A stretch of 64,000 nucleotides of DNA from NCBI RefSeq assembly GCF_004010195.1, contig NC_057750.1, positions 9,806,062 through 9,870,061 of the forward strand, read 5' to 3'. The notes below the pieces were generated by a model that saw only the letters and a program-made list of their open reading frames with translations, was not told where the DNA came from and ran no database searches. Positions 39,701 through 54,700 of the stretch are shown piece by piece; the first letter of the stretch is position 1, and each line of letters begins with the position of its first letter. Source of the DNA: Chiloscyllium plagiosum (taxonomy: Eukaryota). The translations under genes and the position numbers were made by a program.

Positions 39701-42700
39701 ATTTTTAAACACTGACTCCTGGTTCTAGATTGTCTCATGAGAGGAACATCCTCTCCTCATCCACCCTATTAAGAACCCTCGATCTTATTTTTTCCAATTA
39801 AGTTACTTCTTTCACTTCTGAACTCCAGCTGATACAAACATAAGACAACATGCCCATTCTGGCAACCGGACTGGCAACTATTTCCAACACACTGAAACCC
39901 TTCCTTAAATAAGGTGACAAATACAATGGGTTCTTACACACTAAATTATAAAAGGATACAGCACAGGGTGTCATCAAGTCCATTGCACCTGTAGATGCTC
40001 TCTGCAAGAGCAATCCAATTTTGTTCCAGTTCAAATGCCCCTTGCTCACTACCCTGCAAATTTACTCCTTCAAGTCTTAAGCCAATTTGCTTTTAAAAAT
40101 TAAGCTTCTTTCCACTAGTCTTTCCAGCAGCACATTCCAGGTCCGCTGTAAAATCAAAACGTCTCATATCGTCTCAGTTGAACTGCCTTTGATCAACGTC
40201 CTCTGGTTTATATCTGCCAATAAGAATATCTTTCCCTGCTTAGTCTGTCAAAACCCCTTTATGAGACTGAAGGCCTCAGTAGGCGAGTACCTTTCAACCA
40301 GGCGTACCAGGTTCAAGTCCCATTTCAGGACTGGTTGGTCAGGGAAGAAGCGTTCATCAGCAGCTTAACAATCAGCCTGCTATTCCTTCCAGTACTTTCA
40401 CCATTTCCCAAAAGGAGGAAAAGTACTGAGAAATACGAAATAACTAAACGATGGTCAACATCTTTTTTTTCCTAAATCTTTATGCCAATTTAAAACAAAT
40501 ATTTGTGCTTATGAAAATGCCCCTCAAATTGAAGATTAGCTTTACATGGCTCCTGCCTCATGAGTCAGAGTTTGCTGTTATGTTGGGGCTATCAAGACAA
40601 TACTTGAATGTATTTTTCATCTAAGCCTCAAAGCTTGACTACTATTCTCTGGCCAGAGTCCAAAAAACCATTTCCAGTCATGCAGAGGCAATCAATGGTT
40701 GTTTGAGCAGTACTGTAGTTTATGTGACCAGCGACCATAATCAATATAACTGTATGACCAATCAATATTAGAAATGGCAGCATAGCACAAAATAGGAGGG
40801 ACTAAGTTTTTGCCCTAACTGGGAGTGAAGGGAATAGTCCCTAGAAGCATTGTCTTCGTACGTTAGTATGTATGTTCTGTACAAACACAAATTAAAAACA
40901 ACCCTGGCTCTGACTAAAATGTACAATATCAAAACAAATGCTAGTCTCTTGCATACAATCCCGCAGTGTTCCTCAAATCAATAATGTGTCCCCATTGTTA
41001 TCTCCTGAAGGCACTGAATTATCAAACAGATGCTACTGTGCTAGCAACTGTCAGCAGAATTTGCAGCCAACAGCTCCCATTGTAGCTGAAGGTTCTTTGG
41101 GCATTTTCCCCGACAGAGAAGTGGCTCCAGACGCACAATGCTGAGCTTTAATTTCACAAGAAGCTGAAGTTTGCCAAGAGAAAGCTTACTTTCCTGAGCT
41201 GGACTGTATGTCGCAAGGAAAGCAAGTGGGAATTAACAATGCACAGTGACAAACTGTTGTTTTCACAGGCTTAAATCATTGGGCAGGCTTCTTCATTTGG
41301 AGAAAGACTGTGCACCTTGCTGTTGGGTAATGGGGTCTGTGCGAGGGTTTAAAAAGGCAGAAGACAGACTCCAGTGCTTAGGCATCAGCAGAGGTCTAAG
41401 TAGGAGGCTGGCAAAGAGGGATGAAGCCAGTGACAGCAGAACGTTCACAACGGGGCCTTAAAATAAATAGCAACTTTCACCCAATTGACTCTCACCTGAC
41501 CCAGAGACTGCAGCTGAACTTTCATGGTCAGGCCCTAACTGGGGATGAAGGGAATAGAAGCCAGTGCAGGGGAGGAAGAGAAGCTTCAGACTTTAAGTAG
41601 GGAAAAACGTCCAGACTATGTCGGAGTTGGGTGAACAGCACAAGTGAGCCTTTTAACTCAGACGACCCAGAGTGGCTTAGCAACTCATCATCTTGATTTT
41701 CGAACAGTGAATGAACAGAAATGATAACTGAGTAGGTCCCACCAATCTCAGTGCTTTGTTCATTTTAGTCACCAGGAAATAAAGTAGCTCATAGTTAAAA
41801 TAAAACTTTGTCTCATCCAGAGAGATTGAAGCCATGCACGTGCTAAGGATAAAAAAAACGCAATACGGATCATGAAGTTTTAATCTTACAATTCTGGGAC
41901 CAGCCACTGGATACATAGGTATAGCAAGTTAATCCCCTATTTAATGATCAAGGGACCAATCAGCAACATGAAACCAGAAAAGGGATCACACAACACTAAT
42001 CTAGTTGACTTATCCTTCTTTATCCATGGAACACTAAGTGCATGGAAATGGAGGGGACTGATGATTACGAGTGGGAGCACAAGTTTATATTTTAACAACT
42101 CAGGAAATGACACTAATCTGGGTGGCAGTGGGTGCTGTGAGGAGGATGCTAAGAGGCTGCAGGGTGACTTGGCCTGGCTGGTTGAGTTGGCAAATTCGAT
42201 GCGATATGGATACCTGTGAGGTAATCCACTTTGGTCGAGAAAACAGGAAGGCAGATTACTATCCGAATGGTGGTGGTTTAGGAAAAGGTGAGGTGTGAGG
42301 AGTCCTGGGTGTCATGGTGAAACAGTCAGCTAATGGTTGGCATGCAGGTGCAGCAGGTGGTGGAGAAAGTTAATGACAGGATAGCCTTCATAGCAAGAGG
42401 ATTTAAGTATCAGAGGGAGGATGTTTTGCTACAGTTACACAAGGCCTTGGAGAGGCCACATTTTGAGTACTGTGCGCAATTTTGGTCTCCTAGTCTGAGG
42501 AAGGACATGTTTACGAATGAGGGAGTTCAGTGATGGTTCGCCAGACTGATTCCTAGGATAGCAGGACTGACATATGAAAGAAGACTGGATTGGTGGGGCT
42601 TGTACGCACCGGAATTGAGAAGAATGAGGTGGGATCTCATAGAAACATGTAAAAGTCTGATTGGGACTGGACAGGCTAAATGCAGGAAGAATAGACCCAA

Positions 42701-45700
42701 CGTTGGGGAATAAGTGTAGAACTAGGGGTTACGGTCTCAGAATAAGGGGTAAGCCATTCAAAACTGAGATGAGGAACAATTTCTTCACTCAGAGTTGTGA
42801 ACCTGAGGAATTCTCTACCATAGAAAGCTGTTGGAGCCAGTTCATCAGGAATATTCAAGAGGGAGCTAGACGTGGCACTTGCAGCCAAAAAGATCAAGGG
42901 GTATGGGGAGAGCGTGAGTGGTAGATACTGAAGTTGCATGATCAGCCACGATCCTGTTGAATGGTGGTATAGGCTCGAAGGGTAAAATAGCCTACTCCTG
43001 CTCCTATTTCCTATGTTTCTATATTTCTACATTTAACCTTAGGTTTCAAAAATGAACAGCAAGAAAACAAACCAGAAAAATAGATCTCAGTGAGCAGCCT
43101 GCCCAGATTTTGCGTGTTTGATTTTAGCCATAGAGTTGATGTGGAAGCGATACATTGAAATGATCTTAAAGAGGACGATTATAAAGGAGAGATTACAGAA
43201 ACTGGCTTTTCACCAGAGTGGACATGGTCAGCAGGATAATTAACTGGATGATCCATAAAGCAAAATTTTGATACAGCAAACAGGAAAAGAAATCAGTCAA
43301 CAAGTTGGGAATTAGAGGGACTTTAAGATCAGCAAAAGATGATGAGGGAGAATTTGGGAGGACGATTTTTAAGTGCAAATTCTTCAAAGGCCAAAATAGA
43401 GTTGGAAGTACAATCCATAATGACTTTTAAACAGAGTTACATAAATAAACATGAAAAGTTCAAGAAGATACAAGATGAGGGACTAGTAAGCACCACAACT
43501 CTTTTTAATTTGCCAATTCTATGAACCAACTGACATGCCTTTACTATGCAAGGCAGAGAGTTTAAAAGAGAGCTTATGCTGGAATGCATAAAACATTGGC
43601 TAGGCCACAGCGAGAGTACTGTATGCAGTTCTGGAATCCATATTATAGGAAGGATGTGATGGCACTGGAGAGGATGCAGAGGCGATTTACCAGAATAATA
43701 CCTGGGCTAGAGAGTTTCAGTAATGGAGAGAGGTTGGACAGACTGGGACTGTTCTCCTTTGAGTAAAGGAGATTGAGAGGGGATATGGTTGCAAAGTCTA
43801 AGATGATGGGGTGCTTAGATAGAGTAGACAGGAAGAAACTTTTCCCTGTGATAGAGGGATTAACGATCTGTGGCACAGATTTAAGGGAAGGGGCAGGAGG
43901 CTTACAGGGGGGGTGTAAGAAAAACTCTTTCACCCAGAGGGGTGTACGAAACTGGAACTCATTGCCTGTAAGGATGGTCAAGGCAGAAGTTTTCATAAGA
44001 TTTAATAAGCATTTAGATGTGCAGGTGCAATGCAAGACATACAATGTTATGGGTCAGGTGCTTGAAGATGGGTTAGCATAGTTGGGTGGTTGTTTTGACC
44101 ACTGCAGACGTGATCGGTCAAAGGATCTTTTTCTGTGCTTTGGATCTCTATGACTCAGTCCAGACTTGGAATAAAACAGAATGAAATAAACATACAATTA
44201 TTTACAAATTCCTTTAGCTAGCTTAAGGCACCTGAAACCATTTTGTAACCAATTAAGCACTTTAAAGTTCAGTCACTGTTGCAAGCGCAATGGCCACTCT
44301 CTACACAGCAGCATCACACTGCTAGTTGTGGGATAATGTCCAGGTGATTGGCTTATCTGAAAGATGCAAGTTTTCTGATCTGCATGACTCTATAGGTAGT
44401 GTTTCTACTGTGCTATACAATATAATTAATTTTAAGTCTAAGAATTTAACCAGAATACAATCTTCAGAATGCACCATGCTTCTAAAATTAATTTTAAAAA
44501 CTTTCTATATTCATGTCTTCCAGTTTGAATCTCTCCAATCAAGTCTCTATTAAAATATTGAAAAAAACCCAAATGAAATCACACAGTTTCCATGACAGCT
44601 ATGATCAGTGTGCAATATCCTTCCTTGTCTGCCCTACAACCTTTGATATAGTTGACCGAACCACACCCCTCCACAGGCCAGCAGAGTGGACCAGCTCTCA
44701 CTTGATTCACTTTGTACTTATCCAAATGCATCATTCCCACCAACACATTTGAAATCTGCAGTCTCACCAACTCCATCCAGATCTCGTCACACGCTAAACT
44801 GAACTGTGTGAAATTATGACTTCTTATTCAATCTCAAATCAAAGTCGATTCAATATCCATATCTCCCAGTTTGCCTACTTTCACATCTGTAATAGTACCT
44901 GCCCTCAACTACTAACTCAACACATAACTCAGTCATGTTCAGACTGCCACTGGAGATTTACCCATCCATTCTCAGTCTTCCCAGTGCAAATATAAAACTC
45001 TCATCCCCCTCCACACAAGCCCTATCAAAGTCTTGCCCGTCTTGATCTCTGTCACTTCCCCCACCCTCACTCCAAGCAAGCTCTCCATTTCAGGATCATC
45101 TCACTTGCTCCTCATTTCATCATTGGTGGCTGTGCCTTAAACAAATGAAGCCCAAAGATCTGAAACTCGCTGTCTAAATTTCTCTACTTTACATTCTATA
45201 TTAAAATCCTTCTGAAACTCACTTTCCCGTCCAAGCTCATGCTCAACAGTCTTAATGCCTGCTTCTTTGGCTCAACATTATAATTTCCACTTGTGACTCC
45301 AAGCAGTGTAGTGGATCTCTTTCTACGCAAAAAAGATGCTACACAGATGCAACTTACTTCTTTCATTATTGAAAATATATGATTTTGCTAAGCAGCGGCC
45401 AATTTTATTCTAGACTAGGCTACACAGTTTCTCAATAAGCAGTTAAATCTCACCCTTCTGCCCACTGCTAGCAGGGAAATCATTATTAAAAAAGCAAACC
45501 CAGCAGCAGTTCACTAACTGAACTATTGCTACTATATAAGTCTGCTTTAGTTTAAGGGGCAAGTCCTTAAGACACACACATTGCCAAGGTGGTGCAGAAA
45601 CAGGGTACATTGCTGGGCTTCACATTACATTGGTAACTGCATTTCACCACACAGTTGCTAACTGCTCTAACACTTTGAAAAAGGAAGAAAATTAGAACAT

Positions 45701-48700
45701 AGGAAAGTACAGCACAGAACAGGCCCTTTGGCCCATGATGTCGTGCCGAGGTTTAATCCTAATGTACAATATATTAACTTAACCTACGCACCCCTCAACT
45801 CACTGATATCCATGTGCATGTCCAGCAGTCGCTTAAATGTCCCCAATGACTCTGCTTCCACCACCACAGCTGGCAACGCATTCCATGTATTGACAACTCT
45901 CTGCGTAAAGAACCTACCTCTGACGTCTCCTTTATACTTTCCTCCTAATATCTTCAAACTATGACTTCTCGTACCAGTCAATCCTGCCCTGGGGAAAAGT
46001 CTCTGGCTATTGACTCTATCTATTCCACTCAAAATTGACTCACGGAAGGACAAGGGGCAATGAGTATCCACTTACACTGGTCTAATGGAGGTGGTACTGC
46101 TCCCATTGACCACGCTGTGTGATCATCTACGATGTGGACTGTGAGGTTTGGATGCCAGTGGGAAATAATCTCAACGGGTCCATAGTCCTCAGCTCGCTGC
46201 AAATGAAATAGGAATATGCAGATAACATCATTAAACAACTTTAAATATTTACGTTCACAATAGAGCTTTAAATATATTAAAAAAGCTTACAAACATACCT
46301 TAATTATTTCAGGGTCAGCATCCGTCTGCCCAGTCAGAAGATTTTTTGTCTTTTGAAACTTCCTCCTCTTGTACTTGTTCAGCACTAGGGAGGGACGGAC
46401 AACTGGTTAACCAAGAGACATTGGGTTACTCCTGAAAGGCACAGCACCAGGACTGATTTGCAAACCTTCCTGGGCTTCCCAAACACATCGTCAAACCTCA
46501 CTGGGGGTGCACCACACTAGAAAGCAAGCTTCACTGTTTCCAGAATCGTCACAAAATGTACAGATTTTAAAGAGTCGCAATTTTCCAACTGACCTGTGTT
46601 TTAGACACAGGTTGACAGAAAAGCAAGGACCTGGTTACTACACTTAAGAATTACTATTTATTACAAACAAACAGCCTATAGATGTAGGTAAACAATTATG
46701 AGCCAACAGCATGTATCAGTATTGTTAAAATTCTAATCCCCTTGCACGCTGCTCCTTACACACACACAGAAAAACAGACAGGGGAGAAAAAAAGGATGCT
46801 TGGATTACTAATCTAATGATAATACCACTGTGTCACTATCTCCCCCAAACTGAAGGTAGACAAAGTCAGAAATCACACAACGCCAGGTTACAGGCCAAAC
46901 AAATCACAAGCTTTCAAGTTCACAAGCTCACCTGATGAAGGGGCAGTGCTCCAAAAGCTTGTGATTCAAATAAACCCACTGGACTATAACCTGGTGTTGT
47001 GTGACTTCTGACTTTGTCCACCCCAGTCCAACACCGGCCCCTCCACAAATTGAAGATGTACTTTGGCTTACTTCTTGTTGTTGACACTGTAGCCAGGCGT
47101 CTGTACTGGGCTTTCCTCATTGGATCGGGATGATACCCGCTCTTGGTGAAATATATGTGAATGTACATGGAACCATTGGATTTCATGTGCTGTAACAGAA
47201 ATAGTGAGTGTTACTTTCAGATTTACATTTAGCAACTCTAATAAATCCCGAATGATGGCGAATACTGAAGCCTAATTAACACCAACCGATATCACAACAT
47301 ACTCAATTTATTGCTAATTTTCAAAACTAAGACAAATTTGTTTCAACAATGCACTGTATTCCCTATTATTCAACAATGTGGCTCAGTGGTTAACAGTGCT
47401 GCCTCACAGCACTAGAGACCCGGGTTCAATTCTACCCTCGATAGTGAGTGGACCCTGCAAATTCTCCCCGTGTCTGCGTGGATTACCTCCAGGTGCTCCA
47501 GTTTCCTCCCACAATCCAAAGGGGAGCAGGTTAGGTGGATTGGTCATGCTAAATTGCCCATGCTAAATTGCCCATAGTGTCTAGGGATGCGTAAGTTAGC
47601 CATGGGAAATGTAGGGATAGGGTAGGGGTCAGGTCTGGGTGGGATGCTCTTCGGATAAGTATGAAGTCGATGGGCCAAACAGCCTGCTTCAACACTGTAG
47701 GGATTCTATTTGGAGATTACAATTTTTTAAAAAATCACCATTTTAATCACATCTGAACGTAGCAATTAGCCTGCAAACATAGAACTCAAAGAGTGACTGT
47801 ACCATTGACAGAATATCACCAATCACGACTCACAAAATTCTACATCACCTCAATATAATGAGGAATTGTTAACCCCTTTTCAAAGTCCTTGGACAGTTGA
47901 TTGGGGGGCAGGGGCGAGTGGGGGGAAGTTGAAAAACCTGGCTGTGTTCCTAGGATCTGGGAGACAGAGGATTACCCAGTTGAGACACATCTAACATTAA
48001 AAGCATCAAGAAGGTACATACAGAGAAACAGTTTTCTCTGGTGGGGAGAAAACCAAGAATGTAAATAGTTCGTTAAAATTACACCCTGTCATTTACGAGC
48101 AACATCAAGTTTTTTTTTAATTTGTAAGCACAATGGGTAACAAATTTGGGAACTCTCTCCCCTAAACAGTTGAGGATGTCAGGACATTTTAGATTTAGGA
48201 CTGAGATGACTACATTGTTAGGGGAGTTAATAACAGATATGGACCAATGATAGGAAAAGAGATAATAGATGCACATCAGCTTTGGTATAAATCAAAGAGT
48301 GGAGCAGGATCCAGGGGCTGAATGACCTATTCCTATTCTCAGGATACAATGCTCTCAGCAGCAGACATTGGTAATTCCAGATTCAAGACTACCATTCTCT
48401 CTAATATCTTGCAACCCTCTCCAATCTCCACCTGAGAAACTGTAAACAAGGCAGGCGAGAAGGAAGAAATGAATCCACTCATTTAGTAGCAGGAAGCAGG
48501 AGATGTCAAACAGATGAGAAACAAAACTTAATACAGAGGCACAAGACAGAGCAAAAAAAAAAGCAAGCAGGAAAGAAAAAGGCTCTTTCCAAAATTTAAC
48601 TCCCATTTGTATCTTGTCTTAAAAAGAGACAAGGGTGTCACATGAATACATGAAAAATTCAGCAGCAGATGCTGCCAATATTAAATGAAAGCACAGAAGC

Positions 48701-51700
48701 AATGGTTTAGTGGTAATCTCACTGCATTAGCAATCAAGAACTCCAGGCGAATGAGTGGAGGACGCAGGTTTTACTCCCACCATGGCAGATGGTGAAATTC
48801 AAATTCAACAAAAAAAGGTGGAATAAAAGGCTAGTCTAATGCAACCACCGTGGACTGTCATAATAACTCATCTGGCTCACTCAGGGAAGGAAATCTGCCG
48901 TGCTTACCCGGTCTGACTCCAGACCCATGGGGACAATGTGTTTGACTCTTAACTGGGCAATAAATATTGGACTCTCAATGATACCCATATCGCATTAATG
49001 AATTTTAAAAACTTAATGATTTATTTATTTAATTAATTAGATTAGATTCCCTACAGTATGGAAACATGCCATTTGGTCCAACAAGTCCACACCGACCCTC
49101 CGAAGAGCAACCCACCCAGACCCACTCCCCTCTGACTAATGCACCTAACACTATGGACAATTTAGCATGGCACATCTTTGGACTGTCGGAGGAAACCCAC
49201 ACAGACACGTGGAGAATGTGCAAACTCCACAGAGAATTGCCCGAGGCTGGAATTGAACCCGGGTCCTGGTGCTGTGAGGCAGCAGTGCTAACCACTGAGC
49301 CACTGTGCCACCCACAAAACTAATGCCAGAGTTCACGATGTCTCCGATTGTGTTTTCGGGATTCTTAAGGGGGAGGGGGAGTAACCCCAACTCGTAGCCC
49401 ACATAGGCACCAATGACATAGTAGGAAAAGGCTTGAGGATTTAATGCAGAAACTCAGGGAGCTAGGGTAGAAGCTTAGAGCGAGAACAAACAGACTTGTT
49501 ATCTCTGGTTTGTTATCTGTGCCACATGCTAGCGAGGCAAGAAATAGGGAGAGAGAGGAGTTGAACTCATGGCCACAGGAATGGGAGGAATTCAGATATT
49601 TGGATAACTGGGGCTTATTCTATGGTAGGTGGGACCTCTACAAACAGGATGGTCTATACCTGAACCACAGGGGTACCCATATCCTGGGGGGATATTTGCT
49701 AATGCTCTTCGGGAGGGTTTAAACTAATTCAGCAGGGGGATGGGAACCTAAAATTGTAGTTCCAGTGTCCAGGAGGTTGAGAGTAGTCAGGTCAGAAATA
49801 AGGTTTTGAAATCGCAAGAGTGTACCCGCAGCCACAAAGGTGGTTTGAAGTGTGTCCGGAATAAGGTGGGTGAACTTGCAGCATGGATTGGTACCTGGGA
49901 CTTCAATGTTGTGCCCTTTCGGAGACATGGAGAGAGCAGGGACAGGAATGGTTGTTGCAGATTCCAAGGTTTAGATGTTTCAGTAAGAACAGGCAAGGTG
50001 GTAAAAGAGTGGGAGATGTGGCATTCTTAGTCAAGGACAGTATTACGGGGGCAGAAAGGATGTTTGAGGACTCGTCTACTGAGGTAGTATGGGCTGAGGT
50101 TACCAACAGGAAAGGAGAGGTGACTCCGTTGGGAGTTTTCTATCGGCCTCTGAATAGTTCCAGAGATGTAGAGACAAGGATAGCAAAGATGATTCTGGAT
50201 AGTAGTGAGAGTAGCAGAGTAGCTCTTATGGGGCACTTTAACTTTCCAAATATAGACTGGAAATACTACAGTTCGAGTACTTTAGATGGGTAAGTTTTTG
50301 TCCAATGTGTGCAGGAGGGTTTCCTGACACAGTATGCAGACAAACCAACAAGGGGCGAGGCCACATTGGATTTGGTACTGGGTAATGAACCAGGCCAGGT
50401 GCTAGATTTGGAGGTAGGTGAGCACTTTCATGATAGTGACCACAATTCGGTTATGTTTACTTTAGCGATGGAAAGGGATATGTATATAGCGCAGGGCAAG
50501 AGTTATAACTAGGGGAAAGGCAATGATAATGCGATTAGGCAAGATTTAGGATGCACAGGATGGGGAAGGAAACTGCAGGGGATGGGCACAATTGACATGT
50601 GGAGCTTATTCAAGGAACAGCTACTGCGTGTCCTTGATAAGTATGTACCTGACAGGCAGGGAGGAAGTGGGTGAATCTGTTGTCAAGAGGAAGGAGGCGG
50701 CTTATGTAAGGATAAGACGTGAAGGCTCAGTTAGGGCACTTGAGAGTTACAAGCTAATCTGGAAAGACCTACAGAGAAAGCTAAGAAGAGTCAGGAGAGG
50801 ATATGAGAAGTCGTAGCAGGTAGGATCAAGGAAAACCTTAAGGCTTTCTATAGGTCATGAATAAACGAACTAACCTAAGATTAGGGCCAATCAAGGACAG
50901 TAGTGGCAAGTTGTGTGTGGAGTCCGAGGAGATAGGAGAGGTGCTAGGATCAAGGAAAACCTTAAGGCTTTCTATAGGTCATGAATAAACGAACTAACCT
51001 AAGATTAGGGCCAATCAAGGACAGTAGTGGGAAGTTGTGTGTGGAGTCCGAGGAGATAGGAGAGGTGCAAAATGAATATTTTTCGTCAGTATTCAAACTG
51101 GAAAAAGACAATGTCGTTGAGGAGAATATTGAGATACAGGCTACTAGACTAGACAGGATTGAGGTTCACAAAGAGATGTTAGCAATTCCAGAAAGCGTGA
51201 AAATAGATAAGTCCCCTGGACCAGATGGGATTTAACCTAGGATTCTCTGGGAAGCCAGGGACGAGATTGCAGAGCCTTTAGCTTTGATCTTTATCGTCAT
51301 TGTCTACAGGAATACAGCTCCTGTAGTGCCAGAAGTCTGGAGGATAGCAAATGTTGCCCCCTTGTTCAAGAAGGGGAGTAGAGACAACACTGGTAATTAG
51401 AGACCAGTGACCCTTACTTTGGTTGTGAGTAAAATGTTGGAAAGGGTTATAAGAGATAGGATTTATAATCATCTAGAAAGGAATAATTTGATTAGGGACA
51501 GTCAACACAGTTTTGTGAAGGGTACGTCGTACCTCACAAACCTCACTGAGTTCTTTGAGAAGGTGACTAAACAGGTCGATGAGTGTAAAGACGGTTGATG
51601 TGGTGTCTATGGATTTCAGCATGGTCTTTGATAAGGTTCTCCACGATAGGTCATTGCAGAAAATACGGAGGCATGGGATTGAGGGTAATTTGGATCAGAG

Positions 51701-54700
51701 ATTGGCTGGCTGAAAGAAGACAGAAGGTGGTGGTTGATGGGAAATGTTCATCCTGGAGTTCAGTTACTAGTGGTGTACCGCAAGGATCTGTTTTGGGGCC
51801 ACTGCTGTTTGTCATTTTTATAAATGACCTAGATGAGAGCATAGAAGGATGAGTTAGGAAATTTGCAGATGACACTAAAGTCGGTGGAATTGTAGATCGT
51901 GCCAAAGGATGTTGCAGGTTACAGAGGAACATAGATAAGCTGCAGAGGTGGGCCGAAAAGTGGCAAACGGAGTTTAATGCAGAAAAGTGAGAGGTGATTC
52001 ACTTTGGAAGGAGCAACAGGCAACAGAATATTGGGATAATGGTAAGATTCTTGGTTGTGTAAGCGAGCAGAGACATCTGTGTCCATGTACGTAAATCCCT
52101 CAAAGTTGCCACCCTGGTTGATAGGGTTGTTAAGATGGGGAGTAGCTTTTACTAGTACAGGGATTGAGTTTTGGAACCATGAGGTAATGCTGTAGCTGTA
52201 CAAAACTTTGGTGCGGCTGCACTTTGAGTATTGCATATAGCTCTGGTTACCACATTATAGGAAGGATGTGGAAGCTTTGGAAAGGGTGCAGAGGAGTTTT
52301 ATGAGCATGTTGCCTAGTATGGAGGGAAGGTCTTATGAGGAAAGGCTGAGGGACTTGAGGCAGTTTTGTTAGACAAAGGTTGAGAGGTGACTTAATTGAG
52401 ATATAAGATAATCAGAGGATTAGGTAGGGTGGACAGTGAGAGCCTTTTTCCTCAGATGGTGATGGCTAGCATGAGGTGATAATAGTTTACATTGAGAGGT
52501 GATAGCTACAGGACAGATGTCAGAGGTATCTTCTTTACTCAGAGAGTAGTAAGGGCATGGAATGCCCTTCCTGCAACAGTAGTAGACTCGCCAACGTTAA
52601 AGGCATTTAAATGGTCATTAGATAAACATATGGATGAAAATGGAATAGTGTAGGTTATATGGGCTTCAGATTGGTTTCGTAGGTCGGCACAACATCGAGG
52701 GCCAAAGGGCCCGAATTGTGCTGTAATGTTCGATGTTCTATACTCATCAGATCTGATGCAAGTTGAAGGTATAAATGTATTATTTTCTCAGACATCTGGA
52801 CTATTAGCCTAATAACAAAACAGGGAGCCCACTTCTAACATTTCTCCTTTTAAAGTCTTTTCACTTTAGCATCATTATTGGGACCAGATATCTCAATAAG
52901 CGTTGATTGTAATTCACTGTAATTCAGAATGTAACCTGATCTGACAGGCATCATTTGATGCGATACGTCCCTCTCTCAGATTTGAGGCCATTCTCAGCCT
53001 TTTCACTTGCAACCCTCTCCATGTGCACCACTGCCCAAGATCTTCACGGAAACTGCAGGACACCCCTCACAGATTGTGGCCCAGAGCCAGAGGCATAACA
53101 GGAGAAGGGGCACCGAACTCCACATGGCCTTCACCTCGACCCCTCCCCTCCCAAAACCCAAGAGTTAACCTCATGCCTGATCCACAGCAGCTTCAAGGAA
53201 ACAAAAAGGAACAGAAAAGATTGACGGGCTCAACAGTGACCAACATCACAACAGTCTGGGTGGGTGGGTGGGTGGCTTGGTGGCGCAAGGCCTCACGACT
53301 TGTCAAGAAACACAACTGTAGCCAAGGCAAAGCCAGCAAGAACAGGTACCACCAGGTAACAGCCGCAATGTCACATGTGAGCATCCCAGTAGGTGTCCAA
53401 AGCCCAACGAGCAGATTGAATCTAGTAATTCCCAGGACTTTAAACTCTTACTGTAAAACAGATTGAAGAAACAGTCAAAAGCCATTTTCTCATACCTCAG
53501 TTGTTTCTATTTCTCCGTAGTGTTCATAACATCCTGTCCCAGATTCTCCACTCGTCCAGTCTCCATACACCAGGTCGAAGTGCTCCCAGAAAAGTGGAGC
53601 ACTGTCGTTAAATTCTGTGAAATGCTCATTCTCTGAGATATAAACACGTAGGTCCTGCAAGGATCACGAAGGAGATATTTAATGTAAATAACGAGGAATG
53701 AAAAGCAATTAATGCAGATATGATGAAATGTGAGTATTTCTGCAGTGATCTTGGAGAACAGATAGTTGAGAGGACATTTGACAGATGAGTTCAAAATCAT
53801 TTGGGCTGTGGACAAAGTATGCAAGGAGAAACGACTGCTGGCAGAAGGAGGGAAAACAAGTGGGCACAGATTTAACACTATTGATAAAAGATATAATGAT
53901 AAAATGAGGAAGACGTTTTCACACACTGAATGGTTAATATCTGGAATGCACTGTCTCAGTGTGGTAGAGGATCATCTAATCAAACCATTCAAGAGGGGAA
54001 TGCATTATTATCTTAAAAAGGAAGAATGCACAGGGTTACAGGGAGAAACTGGGAAACTGACACTTGGTGTACTGCTCCTTCGCCATGATTGGATTAGACT
54101 AGATTAGATTCTCTACAGTACGGAAACATGCCAGTTGGCCCAACAAGTCCACAATGACCCTATATTTACCCCTGACTAATGCACCTAACACTATGGGCAA
54201 TTTAGCATGGCCAATTCACCCTAACCTGCACATTTTTGGACTGTGGGAGGAAACTGGAGCATCCAGAGGAAACCCATGCAGACACGGGAGAATGTGCAAA
54301 CTCCACACAGACAGTGGCTAGAGGCCGGAATCAAAACCAGGTCCCTGGCGCTGTGAGGCAGCAGTGCTTACCACTGAGCCGCTGTGCCACCCACAGGGTG
54401 ATGTGACAGGCAAAACACTCTCCTCTATGCTCCATCTGGTAACTCATCTCCTTCCCATCGTGAGTAATTAGGGATGGGCAGTAAATACTGATGCCTATCC
54501 AGTGACACTTATATCCCATGAGTTAAGCTTAAGAAATGACTCTCTGATCTAATCTGCACGTCACCACTGAACTGGTGAACACTCAAACACGTAAAATTCG
54601 AATGAAATCGAGAAAAGGGCCAATTCATTTGTCGACAAAAGCACTTAGAATGGCAAAGAAAAAGCAGCATGGGAATTGTTGAAGGATCACTGACAAGTTA

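Noticed and set aside
53023..53466. 147-aa plus-strand ORF in CLPTM1 intron 4
   Set aside because: No ATG start and no recognisable domain; probably a chance ORF
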